A stretch of DNA of 64,000 bases. Origin: a virus (taxonomy: Duplodnaviria; Caudoviricetes). Below the pieces are notes generated by a model. It did not search any database and was not told the DNA's origin. It saw only the letters and a list, made by a program, of their open reading frames with translations. The stretch is taken from IMG/VR virus record IMGVR_UViG_3300025735_000003, positions 1-64,000 of that record; one strand, written 5' to 3'. Of this stretch, positions 30,223-40,492 are shown one piece after another; within the stretch, counting starts at the first letter, position 1; every line of letters starts with the position of its first letter. A program made the translations under genes and the position numbers.

Positions 30223-30988
30223 ATGCTATGCAGCGAAAGCTATTCTAAGAGTAGTGGCTGTGGGAGAGATGGGATGATTTCAGGATATGTGTTAGCAAGG
30301 CAAACTGCCGTAGAAATGCCTAATGGTGCTCGTAGTGAGCTAGGTTATACACTTTTGGATGGTGTTGGCGTATTCCACTCTATTGAAGAGGTGTATGAAG
30401 TCATCAAGGATTTGAATTTACCTCTTGGCTGGGTGGCTATGTCGGTAGACCAACTTCTTCCGGGTTATATGCTTCCAAAGGAGAATAAATAATGAGTATG
30501 CATCAAGAGATTATGAATATTCCTGTACCAAAATCGGTTATCCACAATCTTGAGCATCCTGATTGTAAAGACATGTTTTCCGCCCATTCTTACAAGATTG
30601 GACATCGAGACGCTCGCCATGCGGCTGCTGAATTGTCTTTGAAGGCTGAAGCTAGGATTGAGGAGATTGAGTTGCTCCTGAGACAAGCAAGGAGTATGGT
30701 TAACGGGGCCAGTGATGAGTGGCACAATAAAGTCGCTGAAATTCTGGGGAATAGATAATGGAATACATGGAAAGCATGATGCAGAATCAACTGGAAGCTT
30801 CGCTTGCTTTTGAGAAGCAATGTGAGGATATTATTTTTAAGCTGGACGAGATTGCACGAAATGCCTGTCGTTATGAATACGGACTTCCTACACACGATTG
30901 TCCTGAATTTCAGTTGATGAAGTATGCGATTCGGGATATTCTTTATGGTAGTCCTGTTGAAGCTAACGGGTTTAGTTTGGAAGATTGA
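30223..30988 (+). CDS. Three small hypothetical proteins (30223-30492, 30492-30758, 30758-30988)
   Basis: Coupled ORFs (TAATG overlaps). Confidence 0.7.
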
Positions 30989-31098
30989 TTAATATTCTTT
31001 GCAGGGTGTTGGAGGGGAGAAGAGCGTGAGTACGCGAAACAAGTTCGCTGTCATTCAGTCGCCATTGGGCTTTAAAGGCAATTAGCTAGGAGAGAATT

Positions 31099-32745
31099 TT
31101 GAGTTATTTTAAAAAGCTAAAGGAGCGAGAAGTGGAAATTTTTAATAAAGAAACAATTGAAGATGTTAAGCAATATGCGTCTGTTGATGCACCGGAACGT
31201 GGAGTACGTAAAGCTACTCTTGAGCGTTTTGGTGTTAAAGTTGCTGTGTCTGAGAAAGATGGGAAAACACCAGAGGCTTTCTATTTCCCTTCTTACAATC
31301 AGAAGGGAAAGGTTGTTGGTTACACAAAACAGGATGTGACTAAAGGGAAAGATGAGAAAGGTCACTGGTCTGCTGTCGGCAGTGTTTCAATTGGCAATAA
31401 GTTGTTCGGCCAAGAAGTTGCTGAAAATATTAATCGGAAACGTACTAATCTTATCTGCTCGGAAGGCCAATGGGACACACTGAGTATTTACCAAGCTTTG
31501 TGTGACAATGTAAAGGGCACTAAGTATGAAGGTATTGAACCACTTGTTGTAAGTATCCCTTTGGGTACAGCTAATGCTGTTGAAGCTTTGCTACACAACG
31601 AAGAGTACATTAAGAGCCACGATAGCCTGACTATTTTCTTTGATGATGATTACTGCACACCAGCAGAGACAAAGAAAGGAATTATGAAAGGCCACGAAGC
31701 CCGTGAAGCTGTTGCGAATGCTTTTGTAGGTTCTGGTTTGTCTTTGATGACAGTAGTTCCAGCAGACGGGCTGAAAGATGCTAGTGATTATCTACAAGCT
31801 GGTCGTACTGAAGAATTGGCGAAACTTGTTCAATTCGGTAAGCGCGCTTATTCAGCAGAAAAGATTGTTAAAGCTTGTGATATCAGTCTTGAAGAGCTGC
31901 TTGAGCCGCGTCCAGAGGGTGTGTATGTAAACAGCTTTCCTAAACTGATGGACAAATTACACGGCTTCCGTATGCGTGAATTGGTGTTGCTAACAAGTCC
32001 TAGCGGTGTTGGTAAATCGACAGTGACTTCTATTTTCGCTAGTTCTTTTATGGAGTCTGGTGAAAAACTCGGGATGATCTATCTTGAAGAAACCAACAAA
32101 GAAACAATGCAACGATTGATTGCTTCTAAACTTAAAGTTAGTTATTTGAAGTTCAAAGATAAACCACTTGAATGTGCAACACTGGAACAAATTACGGCAG
32201 CACGTAATGAAATTGTAGATAATGATCTTCTTGTTATGTTGGGACACTTCGGTAGCTTGCCAGTAAGTGAGCTGATGAACAAAGTTAAACATATGCATTT
32301 GGTTGAAGGGTGTAAGTACATTCTTATTGACCACTTGAGTATGGTAGTTAGTGGCAGTCATGTTACAGACGAACGAAAGGAGCTTGATATTGTAATGACA
32401 GAGTTGGCAGCCTTTTGTGCAGCTAACGATGTTTGTGTTATTGCGGTCAGTCACATTAACCGAAGTGCAGCGGAACAATTCAAACCACCGAAAGGTAATG
32501 AAGACAAGCCGTTTTGGGTAAAAGTTACGAAGGAGATGATGCGAGGGAGTAGTGCTCTGGAGCAATTGAGTTTCGTTATCATTGGCTTGGAGCCACAGAT
32601 TATGCCAGACCGCTCACGCGGTAATGTACGACTGACTGTTCTGAAGAACAGGCCTTGGAGCTATCTTGGCGTCGCTGACGAATTTAGTATTGATGAAAAC
32701 ACTTGGGAGGTATTGCTTGCGCAAGAAGTCCCGGAAGATTTTTAA
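31099..32745 (+). CDS. DNA primase-helicase (TOPRIM + DnaB/SF4), no N-terminal Zn-binding domain
   Basis: EGQWD, FFDDD, KDASD TOPRIM motifs; Walker A SPSGVGKS; ILIDHL; VSHINR; MRGS; VLKNR. Confidence 0.93.
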   Translation: MSYFKKLKEREVEIFNKETIEDVKQYASVDAPERGVRKATLERFGVKVAVSEKDGKTPEAFYFPSYNQKGKVVGYTKQDVTKGKDEKGHWSAVGSVSIGNKLFGQEVAENINRKRTNLICSEGQWDTLSIYQALCDNVKGTKYEGIEPLVVSIPLGTANAVEALLHNEEYIKSHDSLTIFFDDDYCTPAETKKGIMKGHEAREAVANAFVGSGLSLMTVVPADGLKDASDYLQAGRTEELAKLVQFGKRAYSAEKIVKACDISLEELLEPRPEGVYVNSFPKLMDKLHGFRMRELVLLTSPSGVGKSTVTSIFASSFMESGEKLGMIYLEETNKETMQRLIASKLKVSYLKFKDKPLECATLEQITAARNEIVDNDLLVMLGHFGSLPVSELMNKVKHMHLVEGCKYILIDHLSMVVSGSHVTDERKELDIVMTELAAFCAANDVCVIAVSHINRSAAEQFKPPKGNEDKPFWVKVTKEMMRGSSALEQLSFVIIGLEPQIMPDRSRGNVRLTVLKNRPWSYLGVADEFSIDENTWEVLLAQEVPEDF

Positions 32746-32767
32746 ATGAAACGATAAGAGGTAATGC

Positions 32768-33682
32768 TTGAATATAATTTACTTACTAACAAACTTAGAC
32801 AGAACTGAAGGCCGGAGGTTTTATGTAGGATCAAAAGCTGAATGTTTTATTGAAAATATAAACGGTATCGATAGGATTGTATCAGCAAAGACTGGACTTC
32901 CTTACTATGGGAGTAGCTCTTGCCCTTTAATGAAAGATGATATGGCAAAAGGAGCGAGACTTTCAGCAACTATCTTAGAAGAAGTTCCTAACAAGAAACT
33001 CTTACTCGAAACAGAGGATAAGTGGATTGTTGAGCTAGATGCTGTAGAATCTCCTGAATACTATAATATTTCCTACGCTAGAATTGGTGGACACACAATC
33101 GACCAAACCGCAATGTACAATATGTACGGAGAAACTATTGTGGGGTACGGTAAAGCAGTGTCTTCTTTGAATAAGAGACATAATACAGCCAAACGATTTG
33201 GACATAAAAACCTAGGAGAATTTTGTGTATGGATTTATAGTGAAATACTTTCAGGTAAGACGAGCGCTCAAATTGCCAGAGAGATTGGTTGGAACCGTTG
33301 GGAGCCTTACCGGTACATGAAAGACTATGATATGACTAAATGTTTGAATGAATATTGGGAAGAAGATCATGAGTTAGAAAGAGAAATTCGTCTGTTAATT
33401 GCCGAAGGTGTTTCTGCCCGAAGAATTGCAGAGCTGAAAGGGCTTGAATTACCCACCGTATGTCTGTATATTGGAGATTATGACCAAGTGCACACGAAAG
33501 CATTCTTAGTAGCTCAAAGACGTGGACAAACAAAAGAAGAACTCGAAATTCAGGTTACTAAGCGAATTCTGCAAGGTGCAGGCTTTACAGAAGTTTCCCG
33601 TGAGCTTAGTATCAATGAAACAAGTGTGAAACGATATTTCTTACGTTATGTTCGTGCAAATTTGGATCACAACAATCTTTAG
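32768..33682 (+). CDS. GIY-YIG-type homing endonuclease with C-terminal HTH repeats
   Basis: IIYLLTN...FYVGSK; E..W...LDAV.SP.YYN; SAQIAREIG, ARRIAELKG, TEVSRELSINETSVKR. Confidence 0.75.
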   Translation: MNIIYLLTNLDRTEGRRFYVGSKAECFIENINGIDRIVSAKTGLPYYGSSSCPLMKDDMAKGARLSATILEEVPNKKLLLETEDKWIVELDAVESPEYYNISYARIGGHTIDQTAMYNMYGETIVGYGKAVSSLNKRHNTAKRFGHKNLGEFCVWIYSEILSGKTSAQIAREIGWNRWEPYRYMKDYDMTKCLNEYWEEDHELEREIRLLIAEGVSARRIAELKGLELPTVCLYIGDYDQVHTKAFLVAQRRGQTKEELEIQVTKRILQGAGFTEVSRELSINETSVKRYFLRYVRANLDHNNL

Positions 33683-33691
33683 GAGAAATAA

Positions 33692-35989
33692 ATGAAACGG
33701 GTTGTATTAGACATTGAAGCTTCAAACCTTATTCAAAACGCTTTGGATTATACGAAACTGCCATACCGATTGAGAGGTGACTTCAATGTCTGGTGCGTCG
33801 TTTGCAATGACGTTGACACCAAAGAAGTTACTACATTTGTAGGTGAAGAGCAGATTAAAAAGGATCTGCCTAAATATCTTGAGAACGTTACAGAGATTAT
33901 TGGTCACAATTTAATCTCATATGATCTTGTAGTCCTTAAGTTGTGGGCAGATATTGATTTTACTGTAGGGTATTTGGGTGAGTCTGATTCTATTAATGGA
34001 AATTCTGTAAAGATTTGGGATACGCTTGTACTTTCTAAACTCCTTTACAGTGCAACTATTATGGAACACTCTCTAGGAGCTTGGGGTAAGAAGTTTGGTA
34101 ATGAGAAGATCGATTTCCATGATTTCTCTAGATACTCAGAAGATATGCTCACATACTGCGTACAGGATACGGCAGTCAACGCACAACTGTTCTTCAAACT
34201 GATGGAAGAATATAATAGTTATACTTGGCAACAAGCTTATGAGATTGAAAAGAAACTGATGGAGATTACTTTCCGCCAGAGTGAGTATGGCTTTAAATTC
34301 AACAAAGAGTTAGCTGAAGAATGTGTTGTTGAGTTGACTCAATTGATGAAGGATATTGCAGTGCAGGTTGATCCACTCTTGCCACCAAAGAAACTGAATA
34401 AAGGTGATGTGAAACAATATATCCCACCAAAAATTCAATTTAAAAAATGTGGTAATGTTTCTGCTGTGATGGAAAAATGGGTTGAGAAGCATGGAGGTAA
34501 GATTGAAGATCGGAAAGTTGAACTGTATGGTAAAGTATATGAACTGCCGCTTGAGCAAGAACCGATAATCACAGAAGGTGTAGCCTCCATTGATGATATG
34601 GAGCATATTAAATGGCACCTTATGGAGTTGGGTTGGGTTCCGATGCAACACAAAGAGCGAGATTTGACAGTTGACGCTAAAAAACGGAAACGTACCGCTC
34701 AAGAGTATCAAGACACTGTTGAACGTTATGTAAAACAATGTGAGGAAGGTTTGTTTGGACCATTCCGTTATGATGTTCTTGAAACAACACCAACTAAAAT
34801 TAAAGCTATGCTTCTTGCAAAAGACACAAAGAAACCTGTACGAGTTCCAACAAGCCCTAGTTTGACAGTTGGGGTAGAAAAGGAGATTTGCCCTAACCTT
34901 ATTGCAATGGCTGATAAATTTCCATTTGCAAAACAGGTAGTAAACTACTATACTTATAAACATCGTAAAAATTCTATTGCTGGCGGTGTAGATGAAGATG
35001 GAGAACCAACAACCGGTTTCTTGAGTCAACCTAGGATTAACACTGATGGGCGTATTCAAACGCCATGTGACACCAACGGGGCCGCCACGAGCCGCTATTT
35101 ACACAAAATCGTGTGCAACATTCCTCGTGTTACATCACTTTATGGTGATAAGATGCGAGCACTTTTTGGAGTAAATCGTGAAGCAAAACAAGTACAATTG
35201 GGATTCGACTTCTCAAGCCTTGAAGCCTTGTGCCAAGCGTCGTTTTGTTTGCCTTACACTAAAGGTCAAGAGCTTGCAGAATCATTGCTTGCAGAAAAAC
35301 CGAATGATGTTCACAGTGTGACTGGTCGTAAGATGGGTGTAGACCGTAACACAGCTAAAAGTTTGAACTACATGTCGATGTATGGGGCACAACCTCCTAA
35401 GATTGCCAAGGCACTGGGGTTGACGCTGCCACAAGCACAGAAGTTGTTTAATGACTATTGGGAAGCTGTACCTGCACTTGGTGAACTCAAGAAACGAATT
35501 GAAGCTCACTGGGAAAGTAATGGGCAGAAGTATATTCGAGGCATGGACGGACGTAAACTTTATAGCCGCTCTCGGCATAGTTTAGTCAATCTGGCCTTTC
35601 AAAATGCTGGAGCACTTGCTTCAAAGTACACTGTGGTATTTATTGACAAGATTCTGAAAGAACGTGGTATCCTAGGTAATCCTTTTGAATTTGATTGCCA
35701 TGCGATTCCATCGGTAATGCAAATGATCGTAAACCACGACGAAGGACAATACAGTGTCCATCAGAAATTGGTAACGTTTAAAATCTTTGAAACTGAAGAA
35801 GAAGCAAAGAAAGCACAGACACCAGACTCTAGCGCTGTTTGTCATGTAAAAGATAAATATTTCCTTGCATATTCTCCAGTAGCTGTTATTATACGTGAAG
35901 CAATTGATGAAGGGACTAAGGTATTGAATTTCCGGGTGCCGTTGGGTTTTGAGTGGCAGGTTGGGGATAATTGGGCTTCCTGTCACTGA
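33692..35989 (+). CDS. Family A DNA polymerase with 3'-5' exonuclease
   Basis: LDIEA, GHNL..YD, YC.QD exo motifs; motif A FDFSSLE, B AKSLNY..MYG, C HDE. Confidence 0.95.
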   Translation: MKRVVLDIEASNLIQNALDYTKLPYRLRGDFNVWCVVCNDVDTKEVTTFVGEEQIKKDLPKYLENVTEIIGHNLISYDLVVLKLWADIDFTVGYLGESDSINGNSVKIWDTLVLSKLLYSATIMEHSLGAWGKKFGNEKIDFHDFSRYSEDMLTYCVQDTAVNAQLFFKLMEEYNSYTWQQAYEIEKKLMEITFRQSEYGFKFNKELAEECVVELTQLMKDIAVQVDPLLPPKKLNKGDVKQYIPPKIQFKKCGNVSAVMEKWVEKHGGKIEDRKVELYGKVYELPLEQEPIITEGVASIDDMEHIKWHLMELGWVPMQHKERDLTVDAKKRKRTAQEYQDTVERYVKQCEEGLFGPFRYDVLETTPTKIKAMLLAKDTKKPVRVPTSPSLTVGVEKEICPNLIAMADKFPFAKQVVNYYTYKHRKNSIAGGVDEDGEPTTGFLSQPRINTDGRIQTPCDTNGAATSRYLHKIVCNIPRVTSLYGDKMRALFGVNREAKQVQLGFDFSSLEALCQASFCLPYTKGQELAESLLAEKPNDVHSVTGRKMGVDRNTAKSLNYMSMYGAQPPKIAKALGLTLPQAQKLFNDYWEAVPALGELKKRIEAHWESNGQKYIRGMDGRKLYSRSRHSLVNLAFQNAGALASKYTVVFIDKILKERGILGNPFEFDCHAIPSVMQMIVNHDEGQYSVHQKLVTFKIFETEEEAKKAQTPDSSAVCHVKDKYFLAYSPVAVIIREAIDEGTKVLNFRVPLGFEWQVGDNWASCH

Positions 35990-36085
35990 TAAAACAAATC
36001 CAAAATACCTGAAAATACCGCTGTACAAACCCAATAAATCATGCGAGAATAGATAGTACAAATTAAATTGTAAAGGAGAGAAGAG

Positions 36086-36937
36086 ATGGGATGCTTTAGT
36101 TTTCTATGTAAGAAAAGTGGTAAAGCTGCATTAAGCACTAGTTTTGATGGAAGCCCTTGCTACCTTTTCTTGCTGAAAGATGGTAAGGTCATTGAAGAGA
36201 TGTACGGTAACTATGACAGTTACGGTTGTGTGTTTGACGAGAATGGAGAATCATTTGAGTGGAGTATTCCTTGGCATTCAGTCTGTGATTTGATGTTTGA
36301 TGAACGGAATCTTGGTAATGGTATTGCAGTTATTCTGGATCATTACTATGATGGCGTCCTCCCTACAACACGAAGTGAGGGTGATCCAAACCAAGGATGG
36401 GGCAGCTATGAAGAAGACGGGGAAGACCTGATGGGAAATTGTTCACCCAACAAATTTCCCAAAGTTGAAAACCCATACCATAAAGTTTACTGAGGAGAAA
36501 TAACATGCAAATTAAATTCAACTACACAGTACAAGATTCCAACAACCTGTTCGCAGATGATATTCCAAGCCGCTCTATTGCTCGTGAGGAGCTTCGCGAG
36601 ATTAAAGCATTGGGTTACAAAGATGCTAAGATTGTTCGCGAAGAGTTTGTAAAGATTTCTGAGAAGGTAGTGCGCTAATATGGGTACAGTAACCCTTCGC
36701 GATTCTGTAGAAAAAGTTGGTGATGCATCAATTTCCACTGTAGAATATACCTTCTCAGATATTCAGGACTTTCTACTTTGGGAGTCCAGTAAAAGAGACG
36801 CTATGAATCAAGCTGTAAAGAGCTTTGTTGATAGTCAATTGTTTGGTGGGTTTGAAGAGCCTGTTGAGGAGGTAGATTCTGCCGCATCTGCTGTAGTGGA
36901 TATTAATGTGAAACCTAAAAAGGAGAAGCTACATTGA
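36086..36937 (+). CDS. Three hypothetical proteins (36086-36493, 36505-36678, 36680-36937)
   Basis: RBS-led ORFs. Confidence 0.7.
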
Positions 36938-37234
36938 AAGCACTGTCTGTATTTGGCATCATCATTGCTGCAATTGTAGGGCTGTTTCTGTTTGCAATCT
37001 ACAATGCTTGGGTATTGACAATCTTGTGGGGGTTGGTTCATTGTCCCACTTGGTGTTAAAGCTCTTAGTATTGCTCATGCATATGGCTTTACACTTGTAA
37101 CTGGTTTGATCCTTAGTACTCGTGGTATTAAAGAGAACAAAGGAAAAGATGATTGGGTGAGCAGTATTGTCACTTGGCTGTTGCTGCCACTTGTAGCCCT
37201 GTTCTTTGGCTGGATTGCTGTAGGCTTTATGTAA
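36934..37234 (+). pseudogene. ~99-aa membrane protein gene with +1 frameshift in a G5 tract (37028-37032)
   Basis: Removing one G gives ...VLTILWGWFIVPLGVKALSIAHAYGFTLV...WLLLPLVALFFGWIAVGFM*. Confidence 0.7.
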
Positions 37235-37312
37235 AGAATTTAGCGAAAGCTAAATATACCCTCACAATAATGTGAACAAAACTTATACACAACTTAATAG
37301 AGAAAATTAAAT

Positions 37313-38032
37313 ATGACTACTTCTGTAATTGTAAAGCAACTTCCTAAAAGCGGTACTTTGGAAACTTTTAACGTGTACATCTTGAACACGCCTGTGTTCT
37401 ATGCATCGGTACATGATGTCCGCACCAAATATCAATCGACAGACAAGGAGTTCAGCCTTCAATCCTTTGTAAGTGAAGAAACTAAGGACAAATTGATTGA
37501 TGAAGTGATGTTGAACAAGAGTTTTGCTGAAGTTGGTGTGACAAAGACCAGTAAAGCGCCCCGGCGCATCAAGTTCCCCCTGTCTTCTCAAGTTGAGGAA
37601 GGGAAAGTAAACTACGATGTTGTCAAAGGTATGCATGGTTTCACTGTTGCCAAACCTGAGTTTTCAAAGAAAGGCAATAAAATGACCGTCAATGTCATTG
37701 ATAAAGACGGTAATGCCTTCACTGATAACATCGGTAACGGGAGCATCTGTACGCTCAAGCTGTTTGGTTATAAAAACGTAGAAGGTCAACTGACTGTTAC
37801 AATTGATACAGTCCAAGTGATTGAGCACGTAGCTTATGAAGGTAAAGGTTCGTCTGACTCTGTTGATGATGATGTCTTGGGTGTTAGTTACAAGGTTAAG
37901 AAGACTGAGGCTAAGCCTGCTGAAAAAGAAGAGGAACAAGAACTTCCAACTCCAGCGGCTAAACCAAAAGCCAAGGCTGCTCCACAGCCAGCACAAGACT
38001 TTGACAGCTTCGATGATGATATTCCCTTCTAA
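37313..38032 (+). CDS. Single-stranded DNA-binding protein
   Basis: Phage SSB-like core (NIGNGS...L); Pro/Lys linker; acidic C-terminus FDSFDDDIPF. Confidence 0.75.
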   Translation: MTTSVIVKQLPKSGTLETFNVYILNTPVFYASVHDVRTKYQSTDKEFSLQSFVSEETKDKLIDEVMLNKSFAEVGVTKTSKAPRRIKFPLSSQVEEGKVNYDVVKGMHGFTVAKPEFSKKGNKMTVNVIDKDGNAFTDNIGNGSICTLKLFGYKNVEGQLTVTIDTVQVIEHVAYEGKGSSDSVDDDVLGVSYKVKKTEAKPAEKEEEQELPTPAAKPKAKAAPQPAQDFDSFDDDIPF

Positions 38033-38088
38033 ATCAAGCACTTAGGAACTTTAGGACAGGGATTGTCCACTTATTTAAGGAGAGATTT

Positions 38089-38340
38089 ATGACAACAGAT
38101 ATTCAATCCATACTGAACTGTCCACTAGAAGAAAATGATTCTGGGGCAGATACGGTAAAAGGGTATCTTAAAGCACTTCTGTCTACATTATGGGACGAAG
38201 GTGAAGGTTTTAGTGGTAAACGCCCATTTGGTAATTCGGGCTGGGAGTACGACCTTACGGATGCATTGATTGACAACAAACTTGCACAAACCCGAAGTGA
38301 AGCTAAGAAACTGATTTTCAAAGCTATCCAAGCAATTTAA
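38089..38340 (+). CDS. Hypothetical protein
   Basis: 83-aa ORF; EGEGFSGKRPFGNSGWEYD motif. Confidence 0.75.
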   Translation: MTTDIQSILNCPLEENDSGADTVKGYLKALLSTLWDEGEGFSGKRPFGNSGWEYDLTDALIDNKLAQTRSEAKKLIFKAIQAI

Positions 38341-38357
38341 ATTATTAGGAGAAATAT

Positions 38358-38609
38358 ATGAAAGAGAAACAAGCACTGTTTGATCGTACTTACCAGCTGG
38401 AACAAGAAATCCTCACTCTGCAAGAGGATCTGAAAGAGTTGAAATCAGAATTCACTTACGAGAAAGAATACAACACTGATGGTTTCCCTAAAGCCGATGT
38501 TGCAGATATTATGAAAGCAGCTAAGGCTAAAGTGAAACAGGATGACTTGAAAGCTAAAGCAGAAGAATTTAGTAAGCTGCAAGAGATTCAGGATTTGTAT
38601 TCGAAGTAA
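38358..38609 (+). CDS. Small helical dsDNA-binding protein, GapR/DUF2312 or T4 DsbA-like
   Basis: R..QLEQE...LQEDLKELK.E...GF.K..V..I.KA.K pattern. Confidence 0.5.
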   Translation: MKEKQALFDRTYQLEQEILTLQEDLKELKSEFTYEKEYNTDGFPKADVADIMKAAKAKVKQDDLKAKAEEFSKLQEIQDLYSK

Positions 38610-38617
38610 AACTGATT

Positions 38618-38637
38618 GCCCCGAAAGGGGCTTTCTT
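38618..38637 (+). terminator. Intrinsic terminator
   Basis: GCCCC-GAAA-GGGGC-TTTCTT. Confidence 0.75.
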
Positions 38638-38823
38638 ATAAGGAGAAAGTTATGGGGTATGAAAAGACACACGACGGTGTAATGAACAACATTGAAAGTC
38701 TAACAGAAAGCCTTTACGGCCTAGACTTCCCTGATTATGTAGACACTAAAGAATACCAAGACATGGCACACTCTATCTTCATGTTCCTGAAAGCGGCTGA
38801 AGAAAAAGACTTTATTTCGGTGC

Positions 38824-39834
38824 GTGATGATGAGTAAACTAACATCTATTATAGACCTAGATTACGTAAAGTATGCCTCTGCATCAGTTGGTGAGAAACG
38901 TTCTATCATCGTCACGCACAAATCATCTGGACGCGAAAAGGAGTTCAACACACGAACAGAATTCTACGGACGAGATAAAGCAAAGTCTGGCGGCTGGCTT
39001 GGCGAACTAAATGCAAAACGTGACAGTCCATTTGCGGTAGACGAGTTTGATATTGTTGATCGTCAAGTTGCTGAACCAATTGATCATGTATTGCAGATTG
39101 CAAAGACTCAAGTTGAAGGTGATCTAAAGAGGCTTGGTACAAACAAATACAAAGCGTTCTTGGGTAAAGGTGATAGCTTCCGAGTAGAACTGTCTACACT
39201 CAAGAAATATAAAGATAACCGAAAGGATATGCTTCGCCCCTTGCATATGGATGCAGTTACAGAGTATCTTGAACGTAAGTTTAAAGCTGAGATTGTCACA
39301 GGTATTGAAGCTGATGATCGTTGTGTAATTGAGGCTTACAATAATCCTAATGCTGTAATTCAGGGTTTGGATAAAGACTACTATGGACAACCAGTAAAGT
39401 TCTTCAACGTCAATCGACCAGAAGAGGGTATTCAAGACTGCAATCAGTTTGGTAGCTTGTGGCTCGATGATAAAGGAGACGTTCGTGGTATTGGACGTAT
39501 GCACCTTTATTGGCAAGTAGCTTCAAATGATACATCAGATAACTATGCTGCAAACTGTTTCTCAGACATTAAGTGGGCAGGAAAATCAGCCTATAAAAGC
39601 TTAGTAGAAGCTAAGACTGACTCTGAGGCATGGAACAAGCTTAAAGAGGTTTTCCAGCACCTTTATCCCGAGAAAAGGACTGTTTTAGGCTGGAGAAATT
39701 ATCCTATTGAAATCAGTTGGGATTATGTTTTGAATGAGATGTTTATGATGGCTAGGATGTTGAAGGTTGAGGGTGAAAATATTAATGCTTATGATGTGAT
39801 GGATAAATTGGGAGTTAGTTATGGAGATTCCTAG
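38824..39834 (+). CDS. 5'-3' exonuclease (T7 gp6/FEN-like)
   Basis: IDLDY, YK.NR, IEADD, LDKD, D.SDNY acidic motifs. Confidence 0.88.
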   Translation: MMMSKLTSIIDLDYVKYASASVGEKRSIIVTHKSSGREKEFNTRTEFYGRDKAKSGGWLGELNAKRDSPFAVDEFDIVDRQVAEPIDHVLQIAKTQVEGDLKRLGTNKYKAFLGKGDSFRVELSTLKKYKDNRKDMLRPLHMDAVTEYLERKFKAEIVTGIEADDRCVIEAYNNPNAVIQGLDKDYYGQPVKFFNVNRPEEGIQDCNQFGSLWLDDKGDVRGIGRMHLYWQVASNDTSDNYAANCFSDIKWAGKSAYKSLVEAKTDSEAWNKLKEVFQHLYPEKRTVLGWRNYPIEISWDYVLNEMFMMARMLKVEGENINAYDVMDKLGVSYGDS

Positions 39835-40492
39835 TCAAATTAAGAACAGAATAGGAGATAAATCTGGAAGACTTACAGTAGTTGCCTTTGAGGGGTTCAG
39901 GGATTTTGCTAACACAAGTCGGCAAACTATGTGGAAGTGTCTTTGTGAATGTGGTACAGAAGTGGTTGTACAAGGAAGCGGTTTATATGGTAATAGTAAA
40001 TCTTGTGGGTGCTGGAACCGAGAACGGGCAGCAGAGCATGGCAGGACAGTATTAAAAAAGGCAAATACAAAACATGGATTAAGTCAACATCCTCTATATG
40101 ATGCATGGGATGCAATGATGAATCGGTGCTTCAATCCCGAAGATAAGGATTGGGATAACTATGGAGGTAGGGGTATAGGTGTTTGTGAACGGTGGAAGAC
40201 AATTACAGGTTATGTAGAGGACTTGGTTGAAAGACCAGAAGGCTATACTCTGGATAGGATTGATGTAAACGCAGACTATAGTCCAGAAAATTGTAAGTGG
40301 TCATCATTTAGAGAGCAAAATCTTAACACCCGATTTAATAGGGATTTCCCAAATGTTTATCCTGACGGTAATTCTTGGAAAGCTATTTTCCAATGGAAGG
40401 GTGAGAAATATTATGTAGGCATGTTCCCAACAGAAGAACTTGCTAATGATGCTTTACAGATCAAGTTAAAACAGGTGGGTTGGTATGACTGA
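39821..40492 (+). CDS. HNH homing endonuclease with AP2-like domain (family A)
   Basis: GRLTV..W.CLCECG..SCGC; YGGRGI.VC.RW; TLDRIDVN.DYSP.NC.W. Confidence 0.88.
   Translation: MEIPSQIKNRIGDKSGRLTVVAFEGFRDFANTSRQTMWKCLCECGTEVVVQGSGLYGNSKSCGCWNRERAAEHGRTVLKKANTKHGLSQHPLYDAWDAMMNRCFNPEDKDWDNYGGRGIGVCERWKTITGYVEDLVERPEGYTLDRIDVNADYSPENCKWSSFREQNLNTRFNRDFPNVYPDGNSWKAIFQWKGEKYYVGMFPTEELANDALQIKLKQVGWYD

Noticed and set aside
31990-32565. 191-aa minus-strand ORF
   Set aside because: Antisense to primase-helicase
34310-35059. 249-aa minus-strand ORF
   Set aside because: Antisense to DNA polymerase; low-complexity F/I/N composition
31099-35989. Group I intron or intein around the GIY-YIG gene, or within polA/nrdJ
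   Set aside because: Flanking genes are complete with their own starts and stops; polA and nrdJ motifs are contiguous
27601-38055. CCTAAAGTTC match at 27601(+) and 38055(-), reminiscent of T7 CCTAAAG repeats
   Set aside because: Only two copies of a 10-bp word; expected by chance in 64 kb
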